A stretch of 63,461 nucleotides of DNA, the filler included, from Vezdaea acicularis (lineage: Eukaryota): NCBI GenBank assembly GCA_026025075.1. It is 3 parts of 3 records of this genome, joined end to end, with 100 filler letters (N's around TTAATTAATTAA, not from the genome) between each part and the next. Parts side by side here need not be neighbours in the genome. Positions count along the whole stretch, not along the records: positions 1 to 21,158 come from JAPEUI010000192.1; 2 more parts are not named here. One strand, 5' to 3'. Every line of letters starts with the position of its first letter. The stretch's first letter is position 1. Below, one piece after another: positions 1-12,578 of this stretch. The translations under genes were made by a program, and so were the position numbers. The notes below the pieces were generated by a model that was not told where the DNA came from, did no database searches, and was given only the letters and a program-made list of their open reading frames with translations.

Positions 1-1829
1 ATAACTATTGGGAGCCAACACACTACCTGCGCCGGGGCTTTGGACTGCAGACCTGGGAGTACTCACCTCAGTATGCAATTCGAAGCTGGTCTTATGTTGC
101 CCTTCATGCCGTCGTTGGCGTCCTTAATTCATTTCCCACAATGTTCATCGAAGGTCTTTCCTTACTCTTCACAGCAAAGCGTCGATCTCCCGAAGTGCTC
201 TCAACGAAGGTGAAGAATTCTTCCTTGCGAATCCGAGAACGCTCCTAATGATATCAATTAGGTTGCAGAATTCTACTTTATACGGATAATACTTGGATTG
301 ATATGCGCCATATGCCAGGCAAGGCTATTCAGCATCATATGTCGGACTCTGAACCCACGCGTGGGCATTTTCTTCCTCATTATCATGGTATCGAGCACTG
401 GCATGTTTCACGCGTCCACCGCCTACCTTCCTTCAAGCTTTGCTATGTATCTGTGCATGCTGGGCATGTCGAACTTTATGGACTGGACTGGAGGACCTAA
501 AACGAATAATGGAATATTGGCATTCGGCGCAGGTGCAGTACTGGGCTGGCCCTTTGCTGCAGCGTTAGCGATTCCGTACCTTGTCGAAGAATTCATTTTA
601 GCCAATGTCACAAAAGACACTATCGTCGAATTTTGTTACCGGGTTCTTGATGGAGTAGCTCGGACTGCCATTCTAATGGTAGAGACCGAATCCTTCCCAA
701 GCAAAGCAAGCATTACTAAACATCGTTTATAGCTTTTTCAATTCTCGGTTGATACTTTCTTCTACCGCCATATGGAACTCGTACCACTCAATATTGTGCG
801 ATACAACATCTTCAGTGGGAGCAACAAGGGCCCAAATATATACGGCACAGAGCCCTGGCATTTCTACTTTCGTAATCTTGCGCTAAACTTCCATACCTGG
901 TTTTTTCTCGCATTGCTCGCCCTACCTCTGCTTGGACTACAATTAATCCTAAAGGGCAAGAGCACGACCTTTCAAGGGACACTGCGTGGCATAGTATTCG
1001 TGATGCCGTTCTACATTTGGTTAATCATATTCAGCTTCCAGCCTCACAAGGAAGAACGATTCATGTATCCGATGTATCCAGCGCTTTGTTTGAATGCAGC
1101 ATTCTCGATGCACATCATCCTTTCCTACTTTGGGTCTACAGACACTAGAAAGCTTGTGGGAAAGATCCCAGCACAGCTAAAACTAGTAGTCGTTTCTGCA
1201 GTGTTAATCGGGAGCATCGATCTTGGATTTTTAAGAACACTGGGCCTTGTAAGAGCTTACGCGGCTCCGCTCAGCATCTACAGCCCGTTGAAAAGGTTCC
1301 CTGACACTGGCGCGGAGAATGCGGTTTGTCTGGGTAAAGAGTGGTATCGTTTTCCATCATCTTACTTCCTACCGGACCACATGAGAGCCCGTTTTATCAA
1401 AAGTGAGTTCAATGGCCTCTTGCCTGGGCAGTTCAACGAGGTGAAAGAAGGGTTTGGCTTCTGGCCCGGCACCTATCTCGAGCCACCTGGGATGAATGAC
1501 GAGAATAAGGAAGACATTGGGAAATATGTAAGCAGCAGCAATCCCCTCCTTCTAGACTGGCCTTGACTCAGTTTAATCAGATTGACATATCGCACTGCGA
1601 CTTTCTCGTGGACTCTTATTTTCCTGGCTCAGAAGCCTCCAAGGTGGAGCCGCATTATGTACTTGACACAGAAGCTTGGGAGGAGATCAGTTGTCGACCT
1701 TTCCTAGACGCGTCTCGCACCGGTATAATTGGCAGGACCCTTTGGCTGCCTGATTCACGACTTGTTCCCGATAAATATCAACGTAAATGGGGTCGACTAT
1801 GTTTGCTCCGTCGGAAACACAAAAGCTGA
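1..1829 (+). CDS. ALG9: Alpha-1,2-mannosyltransferase (GT22), 5' end outside window; introns 210-261, 679-732, 1528-1580
   Basis: Motifs NYWEPTHYL, QTWEYSP, YLPSSF, QPHKEERFMYP, GKEWYRFPSS, MNDENKE; GT-AG introns join the ORF pieces in frame. Confidence 0.93.
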
Positions 1830-2447
1830 AGGCCACATGTGACCTAATGTACATATCTAATACCACCGGACTCCCATTAATTAGATTTCTTGGATAAGAA
1901 ATAGACAGGCGTCATGGTTGAAGATAGAAGGTTTGGCTTCAGTATTCTGCATTTTATTGGTGCGATTGATTCGCCGTTCCCCGAAAGAGTTTAGCGAGCT
2001 TGCAAGAGTCCAAAGGATTCAAAATCTCACCCTTTTCCAGCTGTGGAGCTCTTGAAGGACCTAGAGCTTGGTCTCCAAGACCGACGCCTTTTTCATACTT
2101 AAGAGCATTGTGTAGATGCTCTTTTCCAACTTAAAGACAGCTAAGGATGTCAAGGGCCAATATCTGGCTCGCTTACCCAAAAGGGAAAGCGAGTCCCGAC
2201 GCCCGTCTCGGCGATAGCTTATCGAGAGTAACGAGAGCTCTGACGTTGCTCTACCACCAATGACCGTCACACAAGGGATGTTCAGACGGACTGAACAGTG
2301 AGCGGGGTGATCTACGGAATGTCGCATGATGAATGTGTCCGGGCTTGTTTCGTACTCCATTCGTTGCATGATGCTAGCTATATCATGAAGCAATTCCCCA
2401 CATCTATTTCCCCTCCCCACGCTTCCTGAGACATATATACGAAAGCC

Positions 2448-3910
2448 ATGGACGTTCTCAGACGGGGTTGCAACAAGATCTCAAGCTCAAGAAGCTTCCA
2501 AGAGACCTATGGCTATGTGGCTTCTAACCCGCGACCTTTCCTTTACGGCTTTCTCTTTCTCCTCCTTATAATATGGCTAAGTACCGCTGCATACACCAGA
2601 GCAATCACTCATCCCACCAACCGTACTGCAACGCCTGACCTGGAAAAACCCCCTGCTCGACCCGAAAGCAGGCCCAAGGGATTAGAGAGACAACCTGGCG
2701 TATGGATACCCCAAGACTTCAAGCGCCCTCCAGTCCCTCCCTACCCCAACTGGGACGTGCACACCACCAAGCCCCTCCCCTATCGCCCCTTCAAATATGG
2801 CCCCAAATATCATGTAACGATGGGCCTGCGAACGATGCAATGGGACGAGTGGATTGAGCTCGACAACCACTTCTCACACTTCCACGCCGACAAAGCGGCG
2901 CGCATCCAAGAGCGCGGCTCCAAATGCTGCAAGACGGCTCCAGAAGGCTATGATGCAGCCGTCGAGCTACTTGAAGAACTGTGCGCTCCACATCCCCACC
3001 CCTATCCCTTACGCTTAAACCACTAACCACCGGCCCAACTCACAGCTGCGACTACCTCCCCTCCCGCTACCCAACCCTCTACCGCAAAACCCCCCTCGGC
3101 ATAACCAACCTCCACACCCACGAAACCTTCGACATCACCACACGGCCCCTCGCCGAAGACCCCATGACGACCAGCGGCCGCCTCGTCCAGGACGACCTCG
3201 CCATCATGCTCGAGCGGGCCGACGGACAATACTACCTCGTCGCCGGCAGCATCCTGCTCGCCGGCTTCTGGCGCCTCGAGGACAAATGGCTGATGCCGCT
3301 CTCCGAGATCCACACGAGCGGGGACGTGCCGCAGTTCCGCGAGAAGCTGGAGAAGGGCATGACGAACTTTTTCCGGCGCGTCAAGCCCGAGGCGCCCGTC
3401 TTGCGCAACAACTATTTCATCCAGGTCGATGATCAGCTCGGGTGGAGTAGCAGTATTGGCCCTGAGGACGGCGGAGAGGGCGAGGTCGGCTGGTTCACGG
3501 CGCAGAAGAATAAGCATGTTAGCGCGCATATGTTTCGGACTGAGCGCCAGAGTTTGCGGCGGTGAGTGAAGTGTCCCCTTCCCCCCCTCCCCCTTTTAAA
3601 TACTCGAACAAGATCTTTGTCGGGGACAAGGCTAACCACTGGGGCGAATTTCAGGCTTCCGAGGTCTGGAGGCGTGGTCTTCACGATCCGAACGTACTTC
3701 CACCCGATCACGGAGATAGCGCAGGAGCCGTACGTGCCAGGCCGGCTGGCGTCCGCGATCAGGAGCTGGGGGGACGACGTGTCGAAGTACAAGGGGAAAG
3801 AGCGGTACCAGGAGACGTTGCTAGAGTATCTAGATCACATGCACTGCGAGCAGGTGAAGGCCGGGCTGGATCTGAGCAGAGAGGACGAAGTGCGGTCGTA
3901 TCCGTTCTAG
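2448..3910 (+). CDS. DUF3445 / heme-dependent oxidative N-demethylase alpha-subunit-like protein with N-terminal TM segment; introns 2981-3045, 3562-3654
   Basis: [69 protein letters not shown] motifs typical of fungal DUF3445. Confidence 0.85.
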
Positions 3911-4308
3911 TAGAAGAAGGGGAATGGAAAATGGGGTTTTTTCTACAGCTAGTCGCACAACTATCATTCTAGTATTCGTGGCAGAAATAACTAAGCTGCA
4001 CCACCTGCACACCGTACTCGTCCCCAACATTGGCAATTTCGTTCCTATAGAAAATAACCCCGTAACCACCAAGAAAAACCCGGGCATAGTAGAAGAGCAG
4101 ACAAGAGCGAGTCGCGGACCAGCAGATGATGCAGGCCTAGCCGGTGCTGAAGCGATCACGGGAGAGTCATGAGGTCGTTCATCGGTCTATCGATCTGTGA
4201 CTCATTATTCACCTTCTGCCATAGTATGTTTGACACCCTCCCAGTGCCCATTGGAAAGATATCGCAATTCTTAGACCGGCGTAGGTACCAATCCTCAAAA
4301 TGATGAAT

Positions 4309-5785
4309 TTAGGACGCGACCGTAGGCACCTTCTCCTCTGTCGTACTCAACTCAGGTCCAGTCTTTGGTGCCGTTGGAAAGTCTGAAGATCCATATTTGG
4401 GACCGGTTTCGTATCCGCTTGTAGTTCCAGCAGGAGTTGACGTGCCGAGAGCACCACCAGTGCGACCACGAGCCTGTCCTACATACTGTTGTGCCTTTGC
4501 AGTGTAATCGCCAGCGTAAGACTTAACGCTCTCTACTCCGCGCCCTGCATGATGACTAGCTATATCCTTAACCTGAGCAGCCTGGGAGTTGATAATCTCT
4601 GATGTGTGGGCAATTTGCGAATCGATGAGCTCTCTATTGTTGACATAGACTAGCGGAGCGAGGTAGATGATGGACGTGCCAATCAAGGCTAATCCCCACA
4701 GCGGCACGACCTTGATGAGCAAGTATGAGACGAGCGAGGCGGCGAACGCTCCGATGGTGTGAATGACATTCTCAGCGAAAAGGACTCGTTGGAATTCGAT
4801 GACAAAGAAGTTTATGAGTTCTTGTACGTCTTCGAGAACAGTTTCTAAGGTGTCGCGAGGAATTGTGTAGTAACGTCTAGGCCGGACTTGAGAGGTGAAC
4901 CCATTGTTGAAGACGAGCTTGCCAGCGACTTCGGCAGCGGCAGTCACTAAATATGATCAGTTTTGAAATTCAATGACAGGCATGGAAAAAGATTACCTCC
5001 GAGCGTTAAGTAGAGGAATTTAAATAAGTAGTGGAGAATATTGAGATATCGGGCTGCAAATATGAACAAGACGTTCACGAAGAATGCAATGGCCGTAGCA
5101 CGAGGATTCTCCCACTACAAGGATTAGTTAACGCTACATGAGGAGGTCAGGATGAGAGTATTTACGCTTAGTAAATTGTAGAATAGAGAGTGATATTCTA
5201 AAGGACCATGGTTAGCTATGCCATCACAGGCAGGCTGAGCATCACGCTTACGAGTCAGCTGTTGGCCAGTGGCAGTGTGTGCATCAGGCTTTGTTCTGGA
5301 ATTTGCCAGGTTCTGGAACTCATTTGTAGTAGCCCCATACTGATTCTTGACACTTTCAGCAACAGGGCCTGGACAGCAAAGTTAGCATGTGAAAGGAAGG
5401 AACAACGGAATCACTACTGTTCGAGTATGCATTAGCCTAAGAGGTTCAAAATCTGGAGCTTTCGGGTGCCTACCTAACCGTTGCCAACTGTATCCTTAAC
5501 GTTCTGGGTTACTGGATGGTTTGCAATAGCACTGCCAGCTGCTTGAGCATCTAACGGAGCTATCAGTACTTGCGGGAATGACGAATAGCAAAGCGGTAGA
5601 GAACTGTTCAGATTGTTAGTTGGTATCAACTTTTTGCTTAAAAGTAGAAGCACGGAGTCAGTTCGGCTCACCTTACTGCTCACAACGGTGTCTTTCGCGG
5701 ATTGAATGGAGTTGGTGCCATTAACGTTCGATGATGGTGCGGTTCCATCAGCCGGGCCTGCGGAGAAGCTTTGCGGTTCCGACAT
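4309..5785 (-). CDS. RTN1: Reticulon-like ER-shaping protein (multi-exon)
   Basis: Start MSEPQSF at 5785; internal exon with WENPRA; C-terminal exon ELINFFVIEFQRVLFAEN plus hydrophobic hairpins of the reticulon domain. Confidence 0.8.
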
Positions 5786-6729
5786 TTTGGCCGAGCTTAT
5801 CTTGAGAGGATATGATGATGGAAAAGTCCCAACAATGAAAGCTGAACGAATTTCAAGCAATACGGGATGATGTAAACTGGAGTTTGATGTGGCTAGGTGA
5901 CGTGATGTGGGGATTCCCTGGTGCACAAAGTGGTTGGTGGGACGAGAAAGAAGGGGAGCAGCCACAGCAAGTTTTTGGTGTTTACTCGCGCAACACCTTG
6001 CCTGGATTAGGTGTCGTGTGCCGCCCTCGCTAGGTGGAGCACCCCCTGCTGAGATGACGTGCCCAATCGACTTTGTGTTGAAAGACAAATGTGGCTACGT
6101 ATGCATGAACAAGTAAGGCAACAGCTGAGTTCACTTCTTGATTATTTGGCCGATTCTGGTTTATCAATTGAGGACCCGAATTAAATCTAACAATCATTCA
6201 CCGTAAGGGACGGGCCGAGAAACCGGTTAGCATGTGATGACGAGCATCCCAGGCGTTGTTCTGTCGTAGAGGCTTCTTACCATATTATCGTATTCATCAA
6301 GATCTTGATAATCAGGGGTAACCAGAACGATAACCACATGGACTTGGCTCCGTAAGTCTATTTCGTGAGATTCGGATAGGCCCGGCTGCACCCACGGTAG
6401 CCATCCGTACTTATGGCGAGCGGTATGAAAATTCCCACGGTTGGTCAAACAACCAGCAAACATCCACGACCACCTGATATCTCATGGCAATCAAGCAGAA
6501 AGGCATCATCTGGAGTGATCCATTCCATTCTGCAACATGCCTGTGCTTTCTACAGTACAATCCTCGAAGGAATATCGGAACAGGAAAGACTACTTCCCAA
6601 CCATGCAAACTGTCCAACGCCATGAGTCAGGATTTATCATGTTCTACCATTCTCATCAATCGCTTTAGCATCGCTGTCAGAGTGACAGGCGGAAGTCGCA
6701 GGTTGACGGAGCCAAGAAGGAAAGCGCCT

Positions 6730-7629
6730 CTAGACCAAGCCATCGTAAAGTGACAAGGCCGAAACAATCGTCTCATCCCGCTTACTACCCTCCTTGAACT
6801 CTGTCATGTCCAGGCTCCCGTTCTCATCCTTGTCCATCATGCGGAAGATTTTCTTTACTCTTTTCTCGGGGGTATCTTCATCTTCTGGTAACTTGACCAT
6901 GGAGCCAACCTGTCGAACAGGACCAACGTTAGAGACGAGATTCTAACGTCAATAGAATGGAGGGCGCAATGTGAGATGAGACATACCATCTTGTAGATTG
7001 CCTCGACAATCATCAGCATCTCATCGTAGCTGATCTTTCCGTCCCCGTCGATATCATAGAGCTGGAAAGCCCAGTCAAGCTTGTCTTCCATCTTTCCCCG
7101 AGACGTTACCGATAAGGCGCAAATGAATTCTTTGAAGTCGATCGTGCCGGATTTATCGCTGTCGAAGACGTTGAAGACATAGTCGGCGAAGGAAGAAGGG
7201 TCGCCAAAAGGAAAGAATTGCTTGTATATCTTCTGGAACTCTTCTTTCGTCAATGTTCCGGAGGGGCAGTCCTTCAAGAAGCCTGCAAGGGGTTCATATT
7301 AGATCGGAGAATGTCTTCGGCTGTCAGCTATTTGGGTTGCGGCGCGCCTTTATACCACTGTTGCAACTCCTTCTTATCGAAATGTGTATCTTTTTGTAAT
7401 TGCTCGAGCTGATCGGAGCTGAGTTTAGATTGACTATATGAAATGGTGGTTAGCATCGGCCTTGAGAGACCTGAGACTCGTGTAATTCAAAGCATTGGAA
7501 ACGCAGCAAGGCTTGTGGCAAGATAAGACCGCGTGAAACGCTCTGCTTATATTCATGCATCCTGACACTCGCGGTGGCAAGTTTGCGCGCAGAGTTGATG
7601 GTGATTGGGAGTACTCACGATTTCCCCAT
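6730..7629 (-). CDS. FRQ1: Neuronal calcium sensor-1 / frequenin EF-hand protein (multi-exon, N-myristoylation MGK start)
   Basis: MGK micro first exon, [28 protein letters not shown]-hands [13 protein letters not shown] and [13 protein letters not shown], end ALSLYDGLV*. Confidence 0.95.
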
Positions 7630-8458
7630 ATTTACCGGTCGACCTCCTAGTTGCAGGGGCGGAGTGAAAGCGTATGCCCGTGAAAAGACAGGGCCGTACG
7701 TAGAGGAGTGAAGGAGATTAGAGGTGGTGGCACGGCTTTATAATACAGTGAAGGGCTGAAAGTGTTTGCTGACAAGTGAAGATCTTGGAAGGCGGTATTT
7801 TTCTATCGGAAGGGGGTTGGGCTGGGGCAGGCAGGCAGAGGAGGGCAATGGACCGGGCGAAGGAGGCAGTTTGGCTTAGCGCGGGGTAAGTTCGTTCGAG
7901 AGCGGGCGCCTACGCCCGCTCTCCAGTCTCTTGCTCTGGCATCAACACAACCTGACAGGAACCTTATTCTTCGCCGCCCCATTTGGCGCGCAGACCTGGC
8001 TGTGCACGATACCTCCCTTTGCGAAGGAGCCCTACCGGCAGGCGTGTCAGTACGGGCATCTTCTGTGCAGAGAGCAGCTTACTGCGGCATTTCGACAAAA
8101 GCCGGCGGTGATCGCATCACCCCTCAAACTGCGCTTGGCAAAAAAGCCACATCGATAAGCTTTGCCTCCCGTCGTCATAGGGAGAGCCTTCGTCACGTAA
8201 CACCTTGGTCTGGCTGGTACCATAAGGCGGTGCGACTATCCGCTCTTAGCTGCTTCTCTCGCGCGCAAGAGAACTGCTGTCGCCGCATGGCTCCATGCCA
8301 TGAAGATCGTGAAGGCCTAGGGCCTCCCTTTGCTTCTCGATCAGATGCATTCGGATTAGGCTCTCGCCTAGGTCGCAGCTGCTGCAAGTCAGATGTTTCC
8401 GCGTTGACTTCGTTCTGTCGCGCATCTTCTGTCCTATGAAAGCCTGCATCCTCCCAAC

Positions 8459-9331
8459 ATGAATGAGATTCTTCAGGCGCGATGCACACGGTTGGAGACC
8501 GCTCTGAATACTCTGATCGACTCTATAACGTCCTACAACCCGTCAATCGCCGCAGCCGATGAGCTCCTCGATGCAGACGCGGAATTGAGCCATGGGTTTG
8601 AACTACGTAATTGTCTCCTCCTAGTCTTCACTGGCTTCAAAGGCTCATGAGCGGAAGTGGCTACACATCAAGCAAACTATGCCCGGATAGTGTCGTTGCG
8701 CCAGCAGGATGAAGCGCTCGAGGCTCAGATCAAGAAAACGCTTACACTTCTTTCCGAGACTCGCAGGGACCTCCTAGCCTTACCAGTGACCACGTTTCCT
8801 CCGAGCATCCAGAACGTCTCATACGCCCAGCTAATAGCCTATGCAAAGCATATCAGCAAGTTCACGGTCCCGCCACATGCACGACCTTCTCCGCCCGAAG
8901 TGGAGCCTGAACCCCCACAATCCGAGGCAAACGGAGCCATAGGTTCGCCCAATACAGGAGAGAAAGTGGCGGAGACGAACAAGGGCGAAGGGATCGGTGT
9001 GACTCTGCTACCAGAGCAAGAGCGCAAAGCCTTTGATACGTCAGAATTGGTTTTCGTACCTTGGCCCAGTGAAGAAGTGATCCGACAAGGGGCTTTGGCA
9101 CAGATACAAGGCATGGTGGAGCAGGGCATCGATCCAACTACGATTAAGAGTGTCGCAGAACAAGAACAAGCGGAGAAAGAGCGACTAGAAGAGGAAGAGC
9201 GATCGAAGGCCGAGGAGGAAAAGAAAAAGATAGAGCATCAAGCCCGAGCAAACGCTGGGGCTGCTCGGCCAGCGGTTCCCGCCAAGCCTTCTGTTTTCGG
9301 CGGTCTCGATCTTTATGAGCCTGAAGATTAG
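8459..9331 (+). CDS. MED4: Mediator subunit 4; intron 8607-8657
   Basis: ALNTLIDSITSYNPS, HQANYARI, YAKHISKFTVPP, PWPSEEVIRQGAL, C-terminal FGGLDLYEP. Confidence 0.85.
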
Positions 9332-9660
9332 GCCTTGAGATAATGGGAGAACTGGAATAGATCCAACCTGGGTGGTTATCTGGCTCAGCGCGGCGTTCTA
9401 TAGCAGGGAAAACAGTCCTGGTTCTCGTGTGTAGAGTGAAAGCACGCTGCCCTCAGGAAAATAGACTGAGACTACAACGAATGGGAATTAGACAAATAAC
9501 GTCCTTGAATAACAAGCACGATTCTCTAAATCTTCATCGTCAGTAGTCAATTGAGCTATGTAATATGCGCACGTGACAACGTGGAGCTCGACGCGCCAAC
9601 CCTAGTCTATGACGAGGCGAACCTTAGCATGACCACCTATGGTACCCGCCAGCTAATTCC

Positions 9661-11294
9661 ATGGGCATGTCTCCCACACCTTCCCAAAGCCAAGATGAGA
9701 CTCCTTCAATAATCCAGGACGACGACTCGAGCGACTACGGCTCGGACTTCACGGCGGAGGAGGAGGCAATACTGATCAGCCTCGTCTCGGCATTGCCCGT
9801 CGACCCCAAGCCAAAGTCCACCCCAGACCCCTCTTACGATGCCCCGCGCACTCAGCCCCTATCTCCACACGTGCGCCCCGACGGCCAACGGACTAAAGAG
9901 CCATATCCTGTGCTGCCAGACCTTGACAGTCCGAAGATCGAAATTTCCCTCGAGCACGAGGAGGCATTTGGCCTCGATACCGCGCTCAGTGAGTTCGGCC
10001 CCTTATCAGCGTTACCCGGCAGCACTAACTAACCACCCAGCGCCTTATAGAAAGCCAAGAATCCCGTTCTCTCCGCCGGTCGAGTGAAACACCTATTTCA
10101 GAATCAGAGGGGTCAGTCCGCGACACCAGAACGCCCCTCTCGCGCTTTCGAGGCGGCCCGCGCAAGACCCTGAGCGTCACCGACCTCATCTCGCCCTCAT
10201 GGTGCGAGTTACAATACTTCTTCTCCCTCAGCAAACATGGTCGCATCCGGCCTACCCCGGCGATGAAAGCGGGGACTATAGTGCACAAGACCCTCGAGGA
10301 AGAGACCCTAGGCCCGACTGTCCCTATCGCCGTCTCAACTCGCGAAGACAGCTGGGGTCTGCGTCTATGGAATGTGATACAGGGCCTTAGCATCCTGCGT
10401 GAAACAGGCCAGACGCGCGAGATCGGTCTTTGGGGTGTGATTGAGGGCGTCGTCGTGAACGGCTTCATGGACGAGCTATCCTACACGTGCCCTGATCGCG
10501 AATTGGAACTCGAAGCTGAAACAGAGGAAGAGGATCCCACTGCACAAGACCCCAAGGGCGCACTGGAAGCAGACCAGAGACCCATCACCAACTTCCTGGC
10601 CACAGGCTCAACGCGTCCCCCGCCAAGAATCTACATCACAGACGTCAAGACCACCGCGCGCTCCTCCCTCCCAAGCGGCGCGTCTTTCCGGCCAACCATC
10701 ATGCAACTAATGCTCTACCATCGCCTCCTCAGCGACCTAGCCGACCACACCGTCGACCCATCTCTGATTTGGACACGCTTCGAGCTCAACCCCGACCGGC
10801 CCTTCTCCGATGACTTTGTCGCCCAAATCGGCGCCCTGAGCGAGGGTCAAGAGTACTTGGACGTCCCCAAAGCCTCCCCCCACCCGGCCCCAACCCAACC
10901 AGCCGACAATACCCCCCAGAAGCGCGACAGTCTCGACCTAATCCTCGCCCACAACTCCCTGCGCAGCCTCTGGAACCTACTCGCGCAACACATCCATCTC
11001 ACCTTCCCCTCGGGCCGACACAGCATCGGCTCCGTCCTCAAAGTGGAGTACCGCGCGCCCGGCACGGGGGACATTCTAGGCATCAAGACCTTCCTGCACG
11101 ACGACCGCGTGCTCGAGCCCTATCTCGCGGACGAGATGCGCTGGTGGCGCGGCGAGCGCCCGCCCCGCGGCGTCGTCGAGGAGGAGGCTTATAAATGCGC
11201 ACGCTGCGAGTTTGCGGACGCCTGTGATTGGCGCAAGGAGAAGGTTAGGGGCGCGAGTGAGCGCTTTAGGAAGCAGCGGCGGAGTGTGGTTTAG
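9661..11294 (+). CDS. EXO5: Exonuclease V (Dem1/EXO5), 4Fe-4S PD-(D/E)XK nuclease; intron 9989-10050
   Basis: SDYGSDF, LSVTDLISPSWCELQY, GTIVHKTLEEE, GFMDEL, DVKT, QLMLY, KCARCEFADACDWR. Confidence 0.88.
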
Positions 11295-11988
11295 GGATGG
11301 GAGGGCGCAGGGGTAAGGGCATGTATGTGGCGTTTTGGAGATGGGGATGGGGCTTGGGTATGGGCTTGGGCATGGGCTTGGAGATATAGAGTCATGGCAG
11401 GTATTGGCATATATTACGTGGTTCAGCGTTGCTTTAGTAGAATAACAGTATCGGAAGCATTGATGAAGTATTGATAGTTTGTGTAGATTGATGGGCACTA
11501 TGGTGCCTAGGTCAGGTCAGCGATACAGAATAACAAGCATAGCGATGAAGGCGGAATTACATACTATCCTGCCCTTAAGATCTTGCCCGTTAGAGAGGAA
11601 GGAGACCCCTCTTCAGTCTTCTTCTCTTCCCCCTTTTGGAGCTGTGAGATGCGTGCGGTTCTTCTAACTCGCTGTAGTGCTTGTTTCCTTCTCCCTTGAA
11701 GCCGTCTCCTTGCGAAGGGTCAATTCGGGAAGTTGTGCTGCAGAGTATCGCGCGAGGGGTACCTTTGTCGTTTTTGCCTCGAAGCCCGCGGTTTCAACTC
11801 GGGGCGTAGATATTCTTGACGGCGGACTATGGTCAGCGCATATACAAAGGATCATTAGGCACTTGTTAAAGCTGCCGACTCTGAAATGAAGGATGACGAA
11901 GTCGCCAATACAGAAAGTCCATTACTGAGCCCATAGACGCTTAAAGTCAGCGGAGCTGTAGGGCTAAAAACGCGTAGCGTTAGAGCTA

Positions 11989-12231
11989 CAGTGACGGGTC
12001 GTAAGTGTTGTGCATTTGCTGGACCGTTAGTATATGGTATAACACCCAGGAATCAAGAACTGCCTGCACTCGATGAGGCATTTATTCAATTGATATATCG
12101 AAGACCTCCTCAGGTAATCTGTGAGCGAGGTTTCTTACGAATGGATTTGTTGATCGCCGTGCCCAGGGCATGATTGATGTGGGAGGCACAATTTCGCGAA
12201 TGTACTGTACAACACTTACGACCCCCCACTG
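11989..12231. mobile_element. 243-bp Tc1/mariner-type MITE (family A) with ~26-bp imperfect TIRs and TA target duplication
   Basis: Left TA|CAGTGACGGGTCGTAAGTGTTGTGCA; right end reverse-complements to TA|CAGTGGGGGGTCGTAAGTGTTGTACA; a second copy of the body lies at 46984-47170. Confidence 0.85.
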
Positions 12232-12251
12232 TACTGTATAGTACAGCGGCA

Positions 12252-12336
12252 CGAGTGGGGGCAATACAGTAGTTTGAATACACTTTGGGCGCGTGAAGCG
12301 AGGCTGGGGTGTATTCAGACATCTGCCCCCCCATTG
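12252..12336. mobile_element. Degenerate tiny impala/mimp-like MITE relic
   Basis: GAGTGGGGGCAATACAGTAGTTTGAATACAC versus reverse complement of right end CAATGGGGGGCAGATGTCTGAATACAC; resembles CAGTGGG..GCAA..TTTGAATAC mimp-type TIRs. Confidence 0.45.
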
Positions 12337-12578
12337 GTACGAGGGGCAGGGCCAGAAATCAGGCAGAAGCAGTTATGCCTCAGGTTGGAGACCGTAAATG
12401 GAAATAAGGAATAAGCAATCTTGGGTCCGGCTACATGGGTGTTCCTGAATGTCCTCAGGCTCTTCGAGCGTTGCTTGCAACCGAAGAGAAGGTTACTACT
12501 AATGTAACTCTCGTTCTGAACTGCTCTTACTCCTGGATCTGCCAAGAATCTAGATAGTTCAATTATATCAAGCTCGAG

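Noticed and set aside
11335..11381. Short ATGGGCTTGGG tandem repeats (and CATGGAG repeats near 41100-41150)
   Set aside because: Ordinary 3'-UTR low-complexity microsatellites
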